Below are positions 9,699 to 19,468 of a DNA stretch of 64,000 bases, piece by piece. Where the stretch lies: IMG/VR virus record IMGVR_UViG_3300028416_000501, positions 15,054 to 79,053 of that record, one strand, 5' to 3'. The notes under the pieces are model-generated. The model did no database searches. It had not been told where the DNA came from and saw only the letters and a list, made by a program, of their open reading frames with translations. Position 1 is the stretch's first letter. Each line of letters starts with the position of its first letter. The translations under genes were made by a program, and so were the position numbers. The DNA comes from a virus.

Positions 9699-9911
9699 AT
9701 GTCAAAAACAATGCAGTGGGCGTGGGATAAAGCAGAAGAAAAATTAGAAACCACAATCGACAGAGTAAGACTTGGACAGTTAACTCAAAGTCAAGCAGTA
9801 AAAGAACTTGAAGATGCACATGAGGCCTGGGAATTAATGGGCTTTGAAACTATCACAGATGTTATCGACTATATGGTTGATGAAGTAAAAGTAGAAACTA
9901 CAGGAGCTTAA
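9699..9911 (+). CDS. hypothetical acidic early protein
   Basis: ORF directly downstream of cassette. Confidence 0.7.
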   Translation: MSKTMQWAWDKAEEKLETTIDRVRLGQLTQSQAVKELEDAHEAWELMGFETITDVIDYMVDEVKVETTGA

Positions 9912-9912
9912 T

Positions 9913-10581
9913 ATGAACTCGATTAAATCAATTCTAAACTTTACAATGAACGGCTTAACAATACTAGGCATTACACTTGTTGTATTTGCATCAACAATTT
10001 GGCCATCAACGCCAATAGCAGCAGATACTACCGGAGAGTTTCCAAATACAGAAGTAGTTAACTCGCAAACATTTTTACAACACGAACGAATTGATCTTGG
10101 ACTTTTTTCACAAGACGATTTTGATTGTTTAGTTACTAATGCGTACTTTGAAGCACGAAGTGATGGGTATGCAGGCATGTATGCTACAAGCCTAGTTGTT
10201 ATGAATCGTGTATTAGATTCACGTTATCCTAATACAGTTTGTGAAGTTGTTAAACAAGGACCAGTTCGCGAAAGTTGGAAAACACGAGACAATCCAAATG
10301 TTGCTACAGAAGATCGTATTTTTTATCCTGTACGAAACAAGTGTCAGTTTAGCTGGTACTGTGATGGGAAAGCAGACGATATGTATAACGAACAGTCGCT
10401 AAATACTGCTGAAGCAGTTGCAACGATTGTATTAACAGATTTTGCTAACAACGGCACAGTTGATATCACAGAGGGATCAACTCATTATCATACTATTGCA
10501 ATTAATCCTTATTGGGCAAATAGTCGTGGAATGATGAAAATAACACAAGTAGGAACACACGTATTTTATAAATGGAATTAA
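9913..10581 (+). CDS. cell wall hydrolase, SleB/Hydrolase_2 family
   Basis: CLVTNAYFEAR, VVMNRV..YPNTVCEVV, CQFSWYCDG, GSTHYH, VGTHVFY. Confidence 0.9.
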   Translation: MNSIKSILNFTMNGLTILGITLVVFASTIWPSTPIAADTTGEFPNTEVVNSQTFLQHERIDLGLFSQDDFDCLVTNAYFEARSDGYAGMYATSLVVMNRVLDSRYPNTVCEVVKQGPVRESWKTRDNPNVATEDRIFYPVRNKCQFSWYCDGKADDMYNEQSLNTAEAVATIVLTDFANNGTVDITEGSTHYHTIAINPYWANSRGMMKITQVGTHVFYKWN

Positions 10582-10582
10582 T

Positions 10583-11287
10583 ATGAACTCAGGGGATTTC
10601 AAAGAAGCAAGGTATACTGAATCAGATTGGTTCAGTACCTTCACATTGGGACATGATGACCCTGGTAAACGAAATTGGATAGACGAGGGCGAAGAAAAAC
10701 TAGGTTGTGCAGGCGGCTATACCAAAGACAGTGTAGAATACTTTATTAACAATTGGAGATACAGAGGTCAGAGAGTCCCCCAAGAAGGCGCAGATGCAGC
10801 CTTTGGGTGTAGTTACACATTTGGATATGGTGTTAACTTTACTTGGCCGAGTATGTTAAGTGTTGTAAATCTTGGACAAAATGGTGCAAGTAACGATCAG
10901 ATAGCAAGACTGGCAATTACATATTGTAAAACATTTAAGCCTGAACAAATATATGTGTTGTGGACTTTTAAGGAACGCAGAGAACATATTAACGCTGATG
11001 GTGGACTAGATAAATTTAGAAGTCTGTCCGAAACTGCTATCAAAGAAGAACTTAAAAACCCAACTTGGAATAGCAATTATGCAATGCTATCAAATAGCAG
11101 TGCAGACGAATATAATTTTAAAAAGAACAAGATGTTATTAACTTCGTATTGCGTAGTTAATAACATTAAACTAAATCAATTAAGTATTTTTGATTTGCCA
11201 AAATCAGAATTTCCACCAGCAAGGGACAACGACCATCCTGGTGAAGATTGGCATACTAATATAGCAGGTATCATATGCGAGGCATAA
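10583..11287 (+). CDS. SGNH/GDSL hydrolase-like protein
   Basis: FGCSYTFG, NLGQNGASND, DNDHPG. Confidence 0.7.
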   Translation: MNSGDFKEARYTESDWFSTFTLGHDDPGKRNWIDEGEEKLGCAGGYTKDSVEYFINNWRYRGQRVPQEGADAAFGCSYTFGYGVNFTWPSMLSVVNLGQNGASNDQIARLAITYCKTFKPEQIYVLWTFKERREHINADGGLDKFRSLSETAIKEELKNPTWNSNYAMLSNSSADEYNFKKNKMLLTSYCVVNNIKLNQLSIFDLPKSEFPPARDNDHPGEDWHTNIAGIICEA

Positions 11288-11288
11288 G

Positions 11289-12110
11289 ATGTCCCCATAC
11301 TTAAAACAATACGTAGGAGAATATATGTTTGACCACTGGCTAAAGAATCACCAAAAATTGGGTGGTTTTCTTGCGTCTAGTTATGTCGATTGGAACATAT
11401 TACATTCACCTTTGCATGATATAGTACATAAGCTAGAACAGTTTAGACAAGTTCCATTTGACGCAGTGCTAGAATTTAGTGATGCAGGTATTACAGACAA
11501 TTCAATGGAATACAGAGATATTGTAGAAGATGTAAGTAAAATATTTTACTTGTGTGAAATGATCAACTACAATGAACTTATATTTCATCCACAAATACTA
11601 CACGAGCCTTGGAAAAAACGATATAGAGTACACCCAGGCAGTGGCAGACTTATGGCGTTATGGTTATGTGGATGTGAAAAGATAAAAACAATTTATATTC
11701 ATTTTGATGAGCCAGGATTTCAGCCACCAGGTGATTGTTTTATTATCAAAGACAGAGCAACTGCTCAAAAAGAATTTCATGTTACACCATTAGCAAGAAA
11801 ACTAGAAGTAGAAACATATGCGGCATTTCCTAAAACAGAAAACGATCGTATAAGAACACACGCACAAGATCACGAATGGGATTGGAGTCATATACACACT
11901 GATAAGTTCTGGCAGTTTATGAGATTTAGTGAAGGCAGTACATTCTTAGAACATAAAAATATGTGGAGATCATATGCCATTGATGCTTGGCAAGATTTAC
12001 AACATGATCACATACAAATTGGTACTACTACTTTTGACTTTGACCACACTGGCAAAATTATAGAAGTTCATCGTAATACCGGAACAGGTACAACTGACAT
12101 TTTACTCTAG
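11289..12110 (+). CDS. hypothetical protein, ParB/Srx-like motif
   Basis: FHPQIL...RVHPGSGRLMAL resembles ParB-N GxxR motif. Confidence 0.45.
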   Translation: MSPYLKQYVGEYMFDHWLKNHQKLGGFLASSYVDWNILHSPLHDIVHKLEQFRQVPFDAVLEFSDAGITDNSMEYRDIVEDVSKIFYLCEMINYNELIFHPQILHEPWKKRYRVHPGSGRLMALWLCGCEKIKTIYIHFDEPGFQPPGDCFIIKDRATAQKEFHVTPLARKLEVETYAAFPKTENDRIRTHAQDHEWDWSHIHTDKFWQFMRFSEGSTFLEHKNMWRSYAIDAWQDLQHDHIQIGTTTFDFDHTGKIIEVHRNTGTGTTDILL

Positions 12111-12833
12111 TTCTAAACTATCTAACCAGTCTTTTATTTCTTTAGGCTTAAATCTTGACGTAGTGTTAAACACTCTTTGGTGCTTATAGGTTCTACGGAA
12201 TATACTGTTAGAAAATACTTTAGCATATACTTCTTTTTGTAATTTATCTTCCAGTTTAGGCTCGAAGAATTTCTTCTTTCTTTCAAATGCCCACACATCT
12301 GCTTTCGATAGTCCTTCTTTTCTATTATTTAAAATTTCTAAAAACTTTAAATATTCATTATCTGTTGGAATCATACTAGGCGCCGAATATGCAGGAGTAT
12401 CTATCATTTCCTGTATGTAATTATTAGTAGTGTCATTTGGTTCGTGAACAATATTAAAAATTACACTATTGGGAAAATATTCTAATATCTTAGCAGGCAT
12501 ACTATGAGTACAATATATTACTCGTTTACCGCTATTAATAATATCAGCACCGCCATTCTTTTCAAATAATTCATCAAACAATTTATAATATTGTTTTTCA
12601 TTGGGCATATACTTTTCTACTTCGTCGTGTGTAGGAGGAAGTTCGCCATGTGGAGTTATTCTACTAAATTTATGTTTGTTAACTGAATTAGTCACATTCC
12701 ATGGAGCTTTACCGTTTTGTTCACAACTGTACCAATGCATGCAAGGTAACGATGCTAGAACTCTTCCTAGTTTGTATCCATTTGTTCCTGGTTCAAAGCT
12801 AACAAATATATGTTTATCTTTTAATTTACGCAT
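12102..12833 (-). CDS. sulfotransferase-like (P-loop fold) hypothetical protein
   Basis: N-terminal IFVSFEPGTNGYKLGRVL and mid-protein THS...FPNS pattern. Confidence 0.4.
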   Translation of the reverse strand: MRKLKDKHIFVSFEPGTNGYKLGRVLASLPCMHWYSCEQNGKAPWNVTNSVNKHKFSRITPHGELPPTHDEVEKYMPNEKQYYKLFDELFEKNGGADIINSGKRVIYCTHSMPAKILEYFPNSVIFNIVHEPNDTTNNYIQEMIDTPAYSAPSMIPTDNEYLKFLEILNNRKEGLSKADVWAFERKKKFFEPKLEDKLQKEVYAKVFSNSIFRRTYKHQRVFNTTSRFKPKEIKDWLDSLELE

Positions 12834-12860
12834 TTTTATACCTTTAATTAATTATAGTAG

Positions 12861-12892
12861 TATTTATCTATTAATTCTTTATTGGATAAATA
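12861..12892. promoter_or_regulatory. back-to-back late-type promoters (GATAAATA on both strands)
   Basis: TATTTATC 12861-12868 and GATAAATA 12885-12892 between divergent genes; resembles T4 late TATAAATA. Confidence 0.55.
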
Positions 12893-12933
12893 ATAGAGTA
12901 TAACAGAGTATATATACCTTAAGGAGAAATACA

Positions 12934-13209
12934 ATGGCTTATAGATCAACTATTGATTTAGTATCATCAAATGGTACTACATACGCATCAGCTGACGAGT
13001 TTGTTACAACTCACGGTCCATGTGGAACGGCAAACGAAGCATTTGTAACTGACAGTTCAATTACATTGCTAGAAGACGGCAGTGGAGTACGTGTCGTAAT
13101 GACTTACGAAGACGAAGCTACAGCAACTGCTCACAGAGCATCATCAGAAAATGCATATGATTCATTAGCAAACCTTACTAATACAGTAGTTTCAAACGAA
13201 ACTGTATAA
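12934..13209 (+). CDS. 91-aa acidic Ser/Thr-rich protein, possible virion protein
   Basis: AAGGAG RBS, own promoter and downstream hairpin; no Lys. Confidence 0.75.
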   Translation: MAYRSTIDLVSSNGTTYASADEFVTTHGPCGTANEAFVTDSSITLLEDGSGVRVVMTYEDEATATAHRASSENAYDSLANLTNTVVSNETV

Positions 13210-13257
13210 GTTAATTTAGCATTGAAAAATGCACCCAACCGGTGGGAAAACAATATA

Positions 13258-13289
13258 GATACCACTTATTTTAACCAATAAGTGGTATC
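13258..13289 (+). terminator. 13-bp stem hairpin
   Basis: GATACCACTTATT-N6-AATAAGTGGTATC. Confidence 0.6.
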
Positions 13290-13308
13290 AATTTACCAAA
13301 TATTTATA

Positions 13309-13337
13309 TTGACAAAACATCAAATCTCATTTATAAT
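13309..13337 (+). promoter_or_regulatory. sigma70-type promoter for pepA/Fe-S operon
   Basis: TTGACA-17-TATAAT. Confidence 0.8.
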
Positions 13338-13368
13338 ATACAAAGTAATTAAATAATAAGGAGATACT

Positions 13369-14718
13369 ATGGCTAAGGCACTTATAGTACTTGCAGGCAG
13401 TAAGCATGCAAACAAGCTAGGCAAAAATATTAAAGAAGCAACAAAGGATATGACTGAAAAGTCTATTACTGTATCATTTGCACATGACGAATACGATTAT
13501 ATTACAGTAATCAAAGACGCACCAACAACACCACAAGAAGCACGTGATTTGGGCGGAAATATGGTAAAGAAATACAAGTCAACAGTTGATGAAATTGTAT
13601 TTGATGTTACTAGATTAAATGATGTTAAAGAAGGCGCAGCATTGGCGGCATACGAATTTAACAAATATAAAACAAAACCAAAAGAAAACAAACTACAAGT
13701 AGAACCTGCAGGCATTAGTACAAGTATTAATTTTGCTCGTGATTTAATTACAGAGCCAGGTAACGCATTATATCCTGAGAAATATGCAGACCGTATTAAT
13801 GAAACACTTACACCGCTTGGTGTTAAAGTGCGTGTAATTTATCAGCGTGAACTAGAACGCATCGGCATGGACATGTTGTTAAGCGTAGGACAAGGTAGTG
13901 AGAACAACAGTGCCGTTGTTATAATGGAACACTTGCATGGACCAGAAGGCGAACAACCAATTGCACTAGTAGGTAAAGGTGTTACATTTGACACAGGCGG
14001 TATTAGTTTAAAGCCAGGTCGTAACATGGGCGATATGAAATATGACATGGGTGGCAGTGCCGCAGTTGTAGGAGCCATGCATGCTATTGCTGATAAAAAA
14101 CTAAAGAAAAATGTTATTGGTATTGTAGGACTAGTAGAGAACATGCCAGACGGTAAAGCAATCAAGCCAGGCGATGTTGTTAGATCGCTAAGTGGACAAT
14201 ATGTTGAAAACTTAAACACAGATGCAGAAGGCAGACTTGTGCTAGGTGATATTTTAACATATGTACAAAGTGAATACAACCCAGGTGCTATTATTGATCT
14301 TGCTACACTAACAGGCGCCATTGTTGCAACACTAGGCAACGAAATGGCAGGACTGTTTACTAACAGTGATGGATTAGAAAAAGCAATTATTGAAAATGGT
14401 GAGCTAGGTGGAGAAGGTTTCTTCCGTATGCCAATGGGTAAGAACTGGGCTAAAATGATTGACAGTGAAATTGCAGACTTTCAAAACATTGGTGGACCAT
14501 ATGGCGGTTCAACTACTGCCGCAGAATTTCTATACAAATTTGTAAATAAGAAAACAGCATGGGCACACTTAGACATCGCAGGTATGTGTTGGTCTAAAGG
14601 TGGGAATGCAACAACACCAAAAGGTGCAGTTGGATTTGGTGTTAAAACACTGTTCAATATTGTAGACAACACAGATAGTTATCAGTGGTTTGCAGTTGAG
14701 GAAAAAATGTCTTACTAA
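13369..14718 (+). CDS. pepA: leucyl aminopeptidase, M17 family (PepA/PepB-like)
   Basis: VGKGVTFDTGGISLK, MKYDMGG, NTDAEGRL, DLATLTGA, HLDIAG. Confidence 0.95.
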   Translation: MAKALIVLAGSKHANKLGKNIKEATKDMTEKSITVSFAHDEYDYITVIKDAPTTPQEARDLGGNMVKKYKSTVDEIVFDVTRLNDVKEGAALAAYEFNKYKTKPKENKLQVEPAGISTSINFARDLITEPGNALYPEKYADRINETLTPLGVKVRVIYQRELERIGMDMLLSVGQGSENNSAVVIMEHLHGPEGEQPIALVGKGVTFDTGGISLKPGRNMGDMKYDMGGSAAVVGAMHAIADKKLKKNVIGIVGLVENMPDGKAIKPGDVVRSLSGQYVENLNTDAEGRLVLGDILTYVQSEYNPGAIIDLATLTGAIVATLGNEMAGLFTNSDGLEKAIIENGELGGEGFFRMPMGKNWAKMIDSEIADFQNIGGPYGGSTTAAEFLYKFVNKKTAWAHLDIAGMCWSKGGNATTPKGAVGFGVKTLFNIVDNTDSYQWFAVEEKMSY

Positions 14719-14719
14719 T

Positions 14720-15022
14720 ATGACAAAAGAAATTAAACAATCAATTATTGATAATTTAAAAAACGTATATGATCCAGAAATCAGTATTAACGTATATGAC
14801 TTAGGTTTAATATATGAAATAAATATAGTAAGTTCAAACGTTGTTATTGTAATGACGTTAACAAGTGCGTTTTGCCCAATGGCAGACCAAATCAAACAAG
14901 ACGTTCATGATGCAGTATGTAGTGTAAATGGAATAGATACATGTGATATTAATATTACATTTGAACCTCCATTTGGACCAGACATGATGAGCGAAGACGC
15001 AAAATTAATTTTAGGAGTATAA
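14720..15022 (+). CDS. DUF59/SufT Fe-S assembly protein
   Basis: [26 protein letters not shown]. Confidence 0.9.
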   Translation: MTKEIKQSIIDNLKNVYDPEISINVYDLGLIYEINIVSSNVVIVMTLTSAFCPMADQIKQDVHDAVCSVNGIDTCDINITFEPPFGPDMMSEDAKLILGV

Positions 15023-15023
15023 A

Positions 15024-15377
15024 GTGACATATTTAGTTAAAGACGAGTGTATCAAATGTAAACATATGGATTGCGTAGAAGTATGTCCTGTAGATTGTTT
15101 TTACGAAGGTGAAAATTTTCTAGTTATTAATCCAGACGAATGTATTGACTGTGGCGTATGTGAACCAGAATGTCCAGTAGATGCTATTGTACCAGATAGT
15201 GCATTAGAGGGCGAGGAATACAATTTCTGGTATAAGTTTAATGCAGACATGTCTGAGGAGTGGCCTAATATTACGCTCGCTCGGCCAGAAGATGTTCCGC
15301 CTGATGCGGAAGAATGGGCAAAAGTTAAAGATAAACGAGAACATTTATCTTATAAGCCAGGAAAGGGCGATGAATAA
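15024..15377 (+). CDS. fdxA: 7Fe ferredoxin (FdxA type)
   Basis: [21 protein letters not shown] and [12 protein letters not shown]. Confidence 0.93.
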   Translation: MTYLVKDECIKCKHMDCVEVCPVDCFYEGENFLVINPDECIDCGVCEPECPVDAIVPDSALEGEEYNFWYKFNADMSEEWPNITLARPEDVPPDAEEWAKVKDKREHLSYKPGKGDE

Positions 15378-15546
15378 TATGTACGATATAATTTATACAC
15401 CAAGAATCCACGATGAGTTTTCTGTTGCACGTTTCCATGCTGAAACAGACGCACAGGAATATTTAGAAAAAATCAAAGAGGTACGCCCGAAGGCATATCC
15501 ATATCACCGTATTGAACTGGTGATAAACAAAGGAGAAACAGTATGA
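15370..15546 (+). CDS. hypothetical protein
   Basis: ATG overlapping fdxA stop; fills the operon. Confidence 0.55.
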   Translation: MNNMYDIIYTPRIHDEFSVARFHAETDAQEYLEKIKEVRPKAYPYHRIELVINKGETV

Positions 15547-15695
15547 CATTTTTAGTATGGCATTTACTAGCTATTGGAACAGTAATGGCATTGTCTTTTT
15601 TTGCTGGTTATAAGTTTGCTAAACGCAAAGAAGATAAAATTGAGCCTAGTATTCATATGATGGGTATTAAAAAAACGAGGTACAAATATGAGTAG
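15543..15695 (+). CDS. 50-aa membrane-anchored peptide
   Basis: AAGGAG RBS; [29 protein letters not shown]. Confidence 0.55.
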   Translation: MTFLVWHLLAIGTVMALSFFAGYKFAKRKEDKIEPSIHMMGIKKTRYKYE

Positions 15696-16005
15696 AACAA
15701 AAGAAGAAATACTTAAACAAGTAGATGAAGTAATGGAAGAATACATTGCACCTAACGTAGCAATGCATGGCGGACAAATAAACATTTTAAGCTTCGCCGA
15801 AGACACTGGTATACTACATACACAAATGAGTGGAAGTTGTAGCGGATGTGCTAGTAGTACAGAAACACTTAAAATGGGTGTTGAAAGCACACTGATGCAT
15901 TTTATTGAAGAAATTAAAGGTGTAACAAGTGAAGACGATCCAATGTTCAGCGATCCATATTATATGAGTGATCCAGGAATGATGGATTTTCCACCAGATG
16001 AGTGA
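15688..16005 (+). CDS. NifU C-terminal / NfuA Fe-S carrier
   Basis: IAPNVAMHGGQI, GSCSGC (CxxC), TLKMGVE. Confidence 0.9.
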   Translation: MSRTKEEILKQVDEVMEEYIAPNVAMHGGQINILSFAEDTGILHTQMSGSCSGCASSTETLKMGVESTLMHFIEEIKGVTSEDDPMFSDPYYMSDPGMMDFPPDE

Positions 16006-16912
16006 TAAACCTAGAATAGCAATATGTGTTAGTGGACAGACTAGACACTTTAATGAAAACCCACAATACATAGATGATCTTAATTCTATATTAGAATTAT
16101 TTGATGAGTTTGAGTATGACTTATATGGACATACTTGGGCAGATCAAGAAGATCCAAAACAAGAAGTGTTAGATAGATTTACTGCATATGAAAGCGAAGA
16201 TCAGAGAATAATATGGGATGAAATTATAAATCTAATGTATGTTGATTCTAGTCAAACACCTGCAAAGTATCATCAGTTTTTTCAAATAGATGATGATTGG
16301 AAACATAAAAAAGAGTTTATGGATATGTTACATGGTAAATCAGATCAAAACTACTTAGAATTTTGCAAGGAAAGAATTAACGGAACAATCGGACAAGTAT
16401 GGTCAGCACATAGATCTTTTCAACTTATGATTCCTCATATGAAGACAAAAAGTTACCAAGCAGTTGTGAGATTAAGATGGGATTTAATGATTAAAAATTA
16501 TCATGGTGAAGAATTCATGTCAAAACAAAGACAACGTTTTAAAGATATAATACACGATTGGTATAACAACCAACATGATTTTGAACATGCACATATAAAG
16601 CCTGATATTTTGTGTGCAGATGATTGTATCTTTGAATTGAGACAAGATCCATATGCAAATGACCAAGTATTTGTTGTTAACTTTCTTTCTTTTTTAAATT
16701 CAAAAATACTTACAACTAAACCAATTAAGTATTTAGAAGACATGATAAAATATTATTCAGATGGAATGGCCGCATATTGTCTACCTTCTGCTCATACATT
16801 ATGGATGCAATGGTGGTTAGAATCTGAGATGAAAATATCACCTAAATTGCCAAACATGTTTCAAGCAAATGGAAGAGACGTATACAAAGTTAACAAGGAT
16901 TGGAATATATGA
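15998..16912 (+). CDS. hypothetical protein, possible glycosyltransferase-related
   Basis: RIAICVSGQTRHF N-terminus and RLRWDL motif, seen in viral glycan-cluster proteins. Confidence 0.45.
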   Translation: MSDKPRIAICVSGQTRHFNENPQYIDDLNSILELFDEFEYDLYGHTWADQEDPKQEVLDRFTAYESEDQRIIWDEIINLMYVDSSQTPAKYHQFFQIDDDWKHKKEFMDMLHGKSDQNYLEFCKERINGTIGQVWSAHRSFQLMIPHMKTKSYQAVVRLRWDLMIKNYHGEEFMSKQRQRFKDIIHDWYNNQHDFEHAHIKPDILCADDCIFELRQDPYANDQVFVVNFLSFLNSKILTTKPIKYLEDMIKYYSDGMAAYCLPSAHTLWMQWWLESEMKISPKLPNMFQANGRDVYKVNKDWNI

Positions 16913-17424
16913 ATATAAAAGAATATATTAGAACTGTACCAGATTATCCTATAGAAGGTGTAAATTTCTATGACGTAAACAGTTTGTTTGCTAGTGACTT
17001 ATGGACAAGCGAAGTAGAGGATATAGGAAAACGAATACAAGACAGTGTTGAGTTTATGCCAACACATATTGTTGGTATTGAAAGCAGAGGGTTTGTACTA
17101 GGTGCAGCACTATCACAAGAATTAGATATACCCTTTGTTATGATACGGAAAAAAGGGGCTAAATACCCAGGTAAGTTGTTAGAAGAAAGTTATGAACTAG
17201 AGTATGGAACAGATACACTCACACTACAAGAGGGTATATTAGGTCATACAAGCAGAGTTCTTATAGCAGACGACTTAGTAGCAACAGGTGGTAGTATGAA
17301 CGCTAGTAAACGTTTATGTGAACAAGCTGGTGCGTTAGTATTGGGTGGTGTTACTATAGTAAACCTAAAATACTTGAACGATGGAGAGCTTGAGCTCTTA
17401 TCCTCAGTGGAGATAGAAGAATGA
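16909..17424 (+). CDS. apt: adenine phosphoribosyltransferase
   Basis: PDYPIEGVNFYD, GIESRGF, RKKG, YELEYG, LIADDLVATGGS. Confidence 0.93.
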   Translation: MNIKEYIRTVPDYPIEGVNFYDVNSLFASDLWTSEVEDIGKRIQDSVEFMPTHIVGIESRGFVLGAALSQELDIPFVMIRKKGAKYPGKLLEESYELEYGTDTLTLQEGILGHTSRVLIADDLVATGGSMNASKRLCEQAGALVLGGVTIVNLKYLNDGELELLSSVEIEE

Positions 17425-17819
17425 TTAAAGTAACCGAAAAAGCGGCAAATCATTTAAAAGGAATTAGTGACTCTAACGATAACAAAATTCCTGTACTAGG
17501 ATTGCGTGGCGGCGGCTGTGCAGGTTTTAGTTACGAATGGAAATTAAAAGAAGAATCAGAACTTGACAATAAGGCAGATCATGTTATACTTATGGATAAC
17601 GGATGCAAAATGGCAGTAGACAGTTCAAGTATTATGTTCCTAGTAGGAACAACATTAGAGTTGAAACAAGATCTAATGGGAACAATGTTAGAAGTTGTTA
17701 ATCCGTCAGCTGCAAGTAGTTGTGGATGTGGAGAAAGCATTAACTTCGACATGGAAAAAGTAGAAGCAAATCAAAACGCATTCAAGTTACCAGAAGTAAC
17801 TGATGCAACTAAAAATTAA
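17421..17819 (+). CDS. A-type Fe-S carrier (IscA/SufA/ErpA, HesB family)
   Basis: GGGCAGFSY and SCGCGES. Confidence 0.93.
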   Translation: MIKVTEKAANHLKGISDSNDNKIPVLGLRGGGCAGFSYEWKLKEESELDNKADHVILMDNGCKMAVDSSSIMFLVGTTLELKQDLMGTMLEVVNPSAASSCGCGESINFDMEKVEANQNAFKLPEVTDATKN

Positions 17820-17832
17820 TTAAGGAAATAAA

Positions 17833-18255
17833 ATGACCAAGCAGATCGATCTAAACAAATACAAAGATTTCGTACGAGAAGTAACCAGTGGTGAATCATT
17901 ATCAAGTATGCAGATGTATAATCGCATTGTTGACATTGAAACAACTGAAAGCAAAATGGGTGTAAATATGTCATTGCTAATGACTGGTGCTATTGGCATT
18001 AGTGCAGAAGGTGGCGAGTTTATGGAAATCGTAAAGAAGTGTGTATTCCAAGGTAAACCAATGGACGAAGCAACACAGTTTCATGCAATGCGTGAGCTTG
18101 GTGATATTATGTGGTACTGGATGAATAGTTGTACTGCATTGGGCATTGACCCTAACGATGTAATTGCAGAAAATGTAAACAAATTAGAAAAGCGTTATCC
18201 AGGTGGATCGTTTGATGCATTTTATAGTGAAAATAGGCAAGATGGCGATTTATGA
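17833..18255 (+). CDS. MazG-like NTP pyrophosphohydrolase
   Basis: EGGEFMEIVKK, RELGDIMWY, NVNKLEKRYP. Confidence 0.85.
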   Translation: MTKQIDLNKYKDFVREVTSGESLSSMQMYNRIVDIETTESKMGVNMSLLMTGAIGISAEGGEFMEIVKKCVFQGKPMDEATQFHAMRELGDIMWYWMNSCTALGIDPNDVIAENVNKLEKRYPGGSFDAFYSENRQDGDL

Positions 18256-18551
18256 TTGACTATCAAGGTAAGCCATTAGAAGAGTTAAACATGGGCGAAA
18301 CAATTGAATTTGAAAAGCAAATGCTTAAAAAATTGTTAGCGGCAAGTAAAGCTCAAATGGGTGAGGGCCTTGTAGATCAAATTAACTTGTTTGTTGAATT
18401 AATAAGAGATCATAAGAGACAAATCTCACAAACAGCAATAGCCAAGCAAGGCGAAAAGGAAGATGGAACAGTACTAGAAATAGGAGAAATTCCACTTCCA
18501 CCAAAAACAGAATCAATTGAAGAATTACTTGACTTTTACAAGAAAAAGTAA
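18252..18551 (+). CDS. hypothetical protein
   Basis: Coupled ORF. Confidence 0.6.
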   Translation: MIDYQGKPLEELNMGETIEFEKQMLKKLLAASKAQMGEGLVDQINLFVELIRDHKRQISQTAIAKQGEKEDGTVLEIGEIPLPPKTESIEELLDFYKKK

Positions 18552-18557
18552 TATAAT
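18529..18557 (+). promoter_or_regulatory. sigma70-type promoter
   Basis: TTGACT-17-TATAAT. Confidence 0.6.
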
Positions 18558-18563
18558 AGTGGG

Positions 18564-19070
18564 ATGTATATGAATAAAAATAAGCAATACGTTGTTTCTG
18601 AGCAAGATATCGTCAATGGTTGGTTAAGTGGTAATACATTTGATTCAGTAATCATGGACGATACAAAACCCATAAATATATATAACGAATGGTGTCAAAC
18701 ATTTGACTTAGATAAGTTTATTGATGCTAAAACGGAAAACACAACTGATACATATGTAGAAGATTGTTTACGTAAATGGAATATGCCAGACGAGTATATG
18801 AATATAAATATACAAGAATGGTTAATGGAGCGTTGCACAAATGCACAACAACGTGACAGAGTATATACTGAACTTCTCGAATACGAAAAGCGTGGTATGA
18901 TAATTGTGCTTAAATTTTTACTACACTTGGTACACACATGTGAACAACATGATATTGTGTTAGGGGTAGGCAGAGGCAGTAGTGTAGCTAGTTACTGTCT
19001 GTATTTACTGGGTATACATCATATAGACAGTATTAAATACGAACTTGATATCAAGGAGTTTTTAAAATGA
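18564..19070 (+). CDS. DNA polymerase III alpha (DnaE)-like fragment
   Basis: GVGRGSSVASYCLYLLGIHHIDSIKYELD matches DnaE GPGRGS...GIT.IDP region. Confidence 0.8.
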   Translation: MYMNKNKQYVVSEQDIVNGWLSGNTFDSVIMDDTKPINIYNEWCQTFDLDKFIDAKTENTTDTYVEDCLRKWNMPDEYMNINIQEWLMERCTNAQQRDRVYTELLEYEKRGMIIVLKFLLHLVHTCEQHDIVLGVGRGSSVASYCLYLLGIHHIDSIKYELDIKEFLK

Positions 19071-19456
19071 AAACAGTTAAAACAGCTAGAGGCCGCACAA
19101 TAGACATGGGTGCTTTAGCGGAAAAAAATGAAAAGACTAGAGCCGTAAGTAATCTAAATATGAACGGTAGAGGTGACATCATTGACAATAGAGGAAATGT
19201 AGAAATTCCAAGAGAAGAAATACAGAAAAAATTCTATAAAAATAATGTACCTGGTGCAGATACTGAAACAGTTAGTATTAAAGCAGAAGAAACAAAAACA
19301 GAAGAGAAAACTGTTGTTGAAGAACCTAAAGCACCTACTAAAAAACAAAAAGATGAAGTAACAGAAGTAAACAAAACTGCTAGAACTAGAGACGATGGAA
19401 CACAATATTTTGAAGTCGAGTATAGTGATGGTAGTATGCAAGATATAGATATCTAA
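19067..19456 (+). CDS. hypothetical phage protein
   Basis: KTARGRTIDMGAL...NMNGRGD; coupled ORF. Confidence 0.65.
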   Translation: MKTVKTARGRTIDMGALAEKNEKTRAVSNLNMNGRGDIIDNRGNVEIPREEIQKKFYKNNVPGADTETVSIKAEETKTEEKTVVEEPKAPTKKQKDEVTEVNKTARTRDDGTQYFEVEYSDGSMQDIDI

Positions 19457-19468
19457 CACGGAGGTAAC

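Noticed and set aside
13210-13300. tRNA in intergenic gaps (also 25129-25306 and 55685-55890)
   Set aside because: No cloverleaf, T-loop GTTCRA or CCA end found by eye
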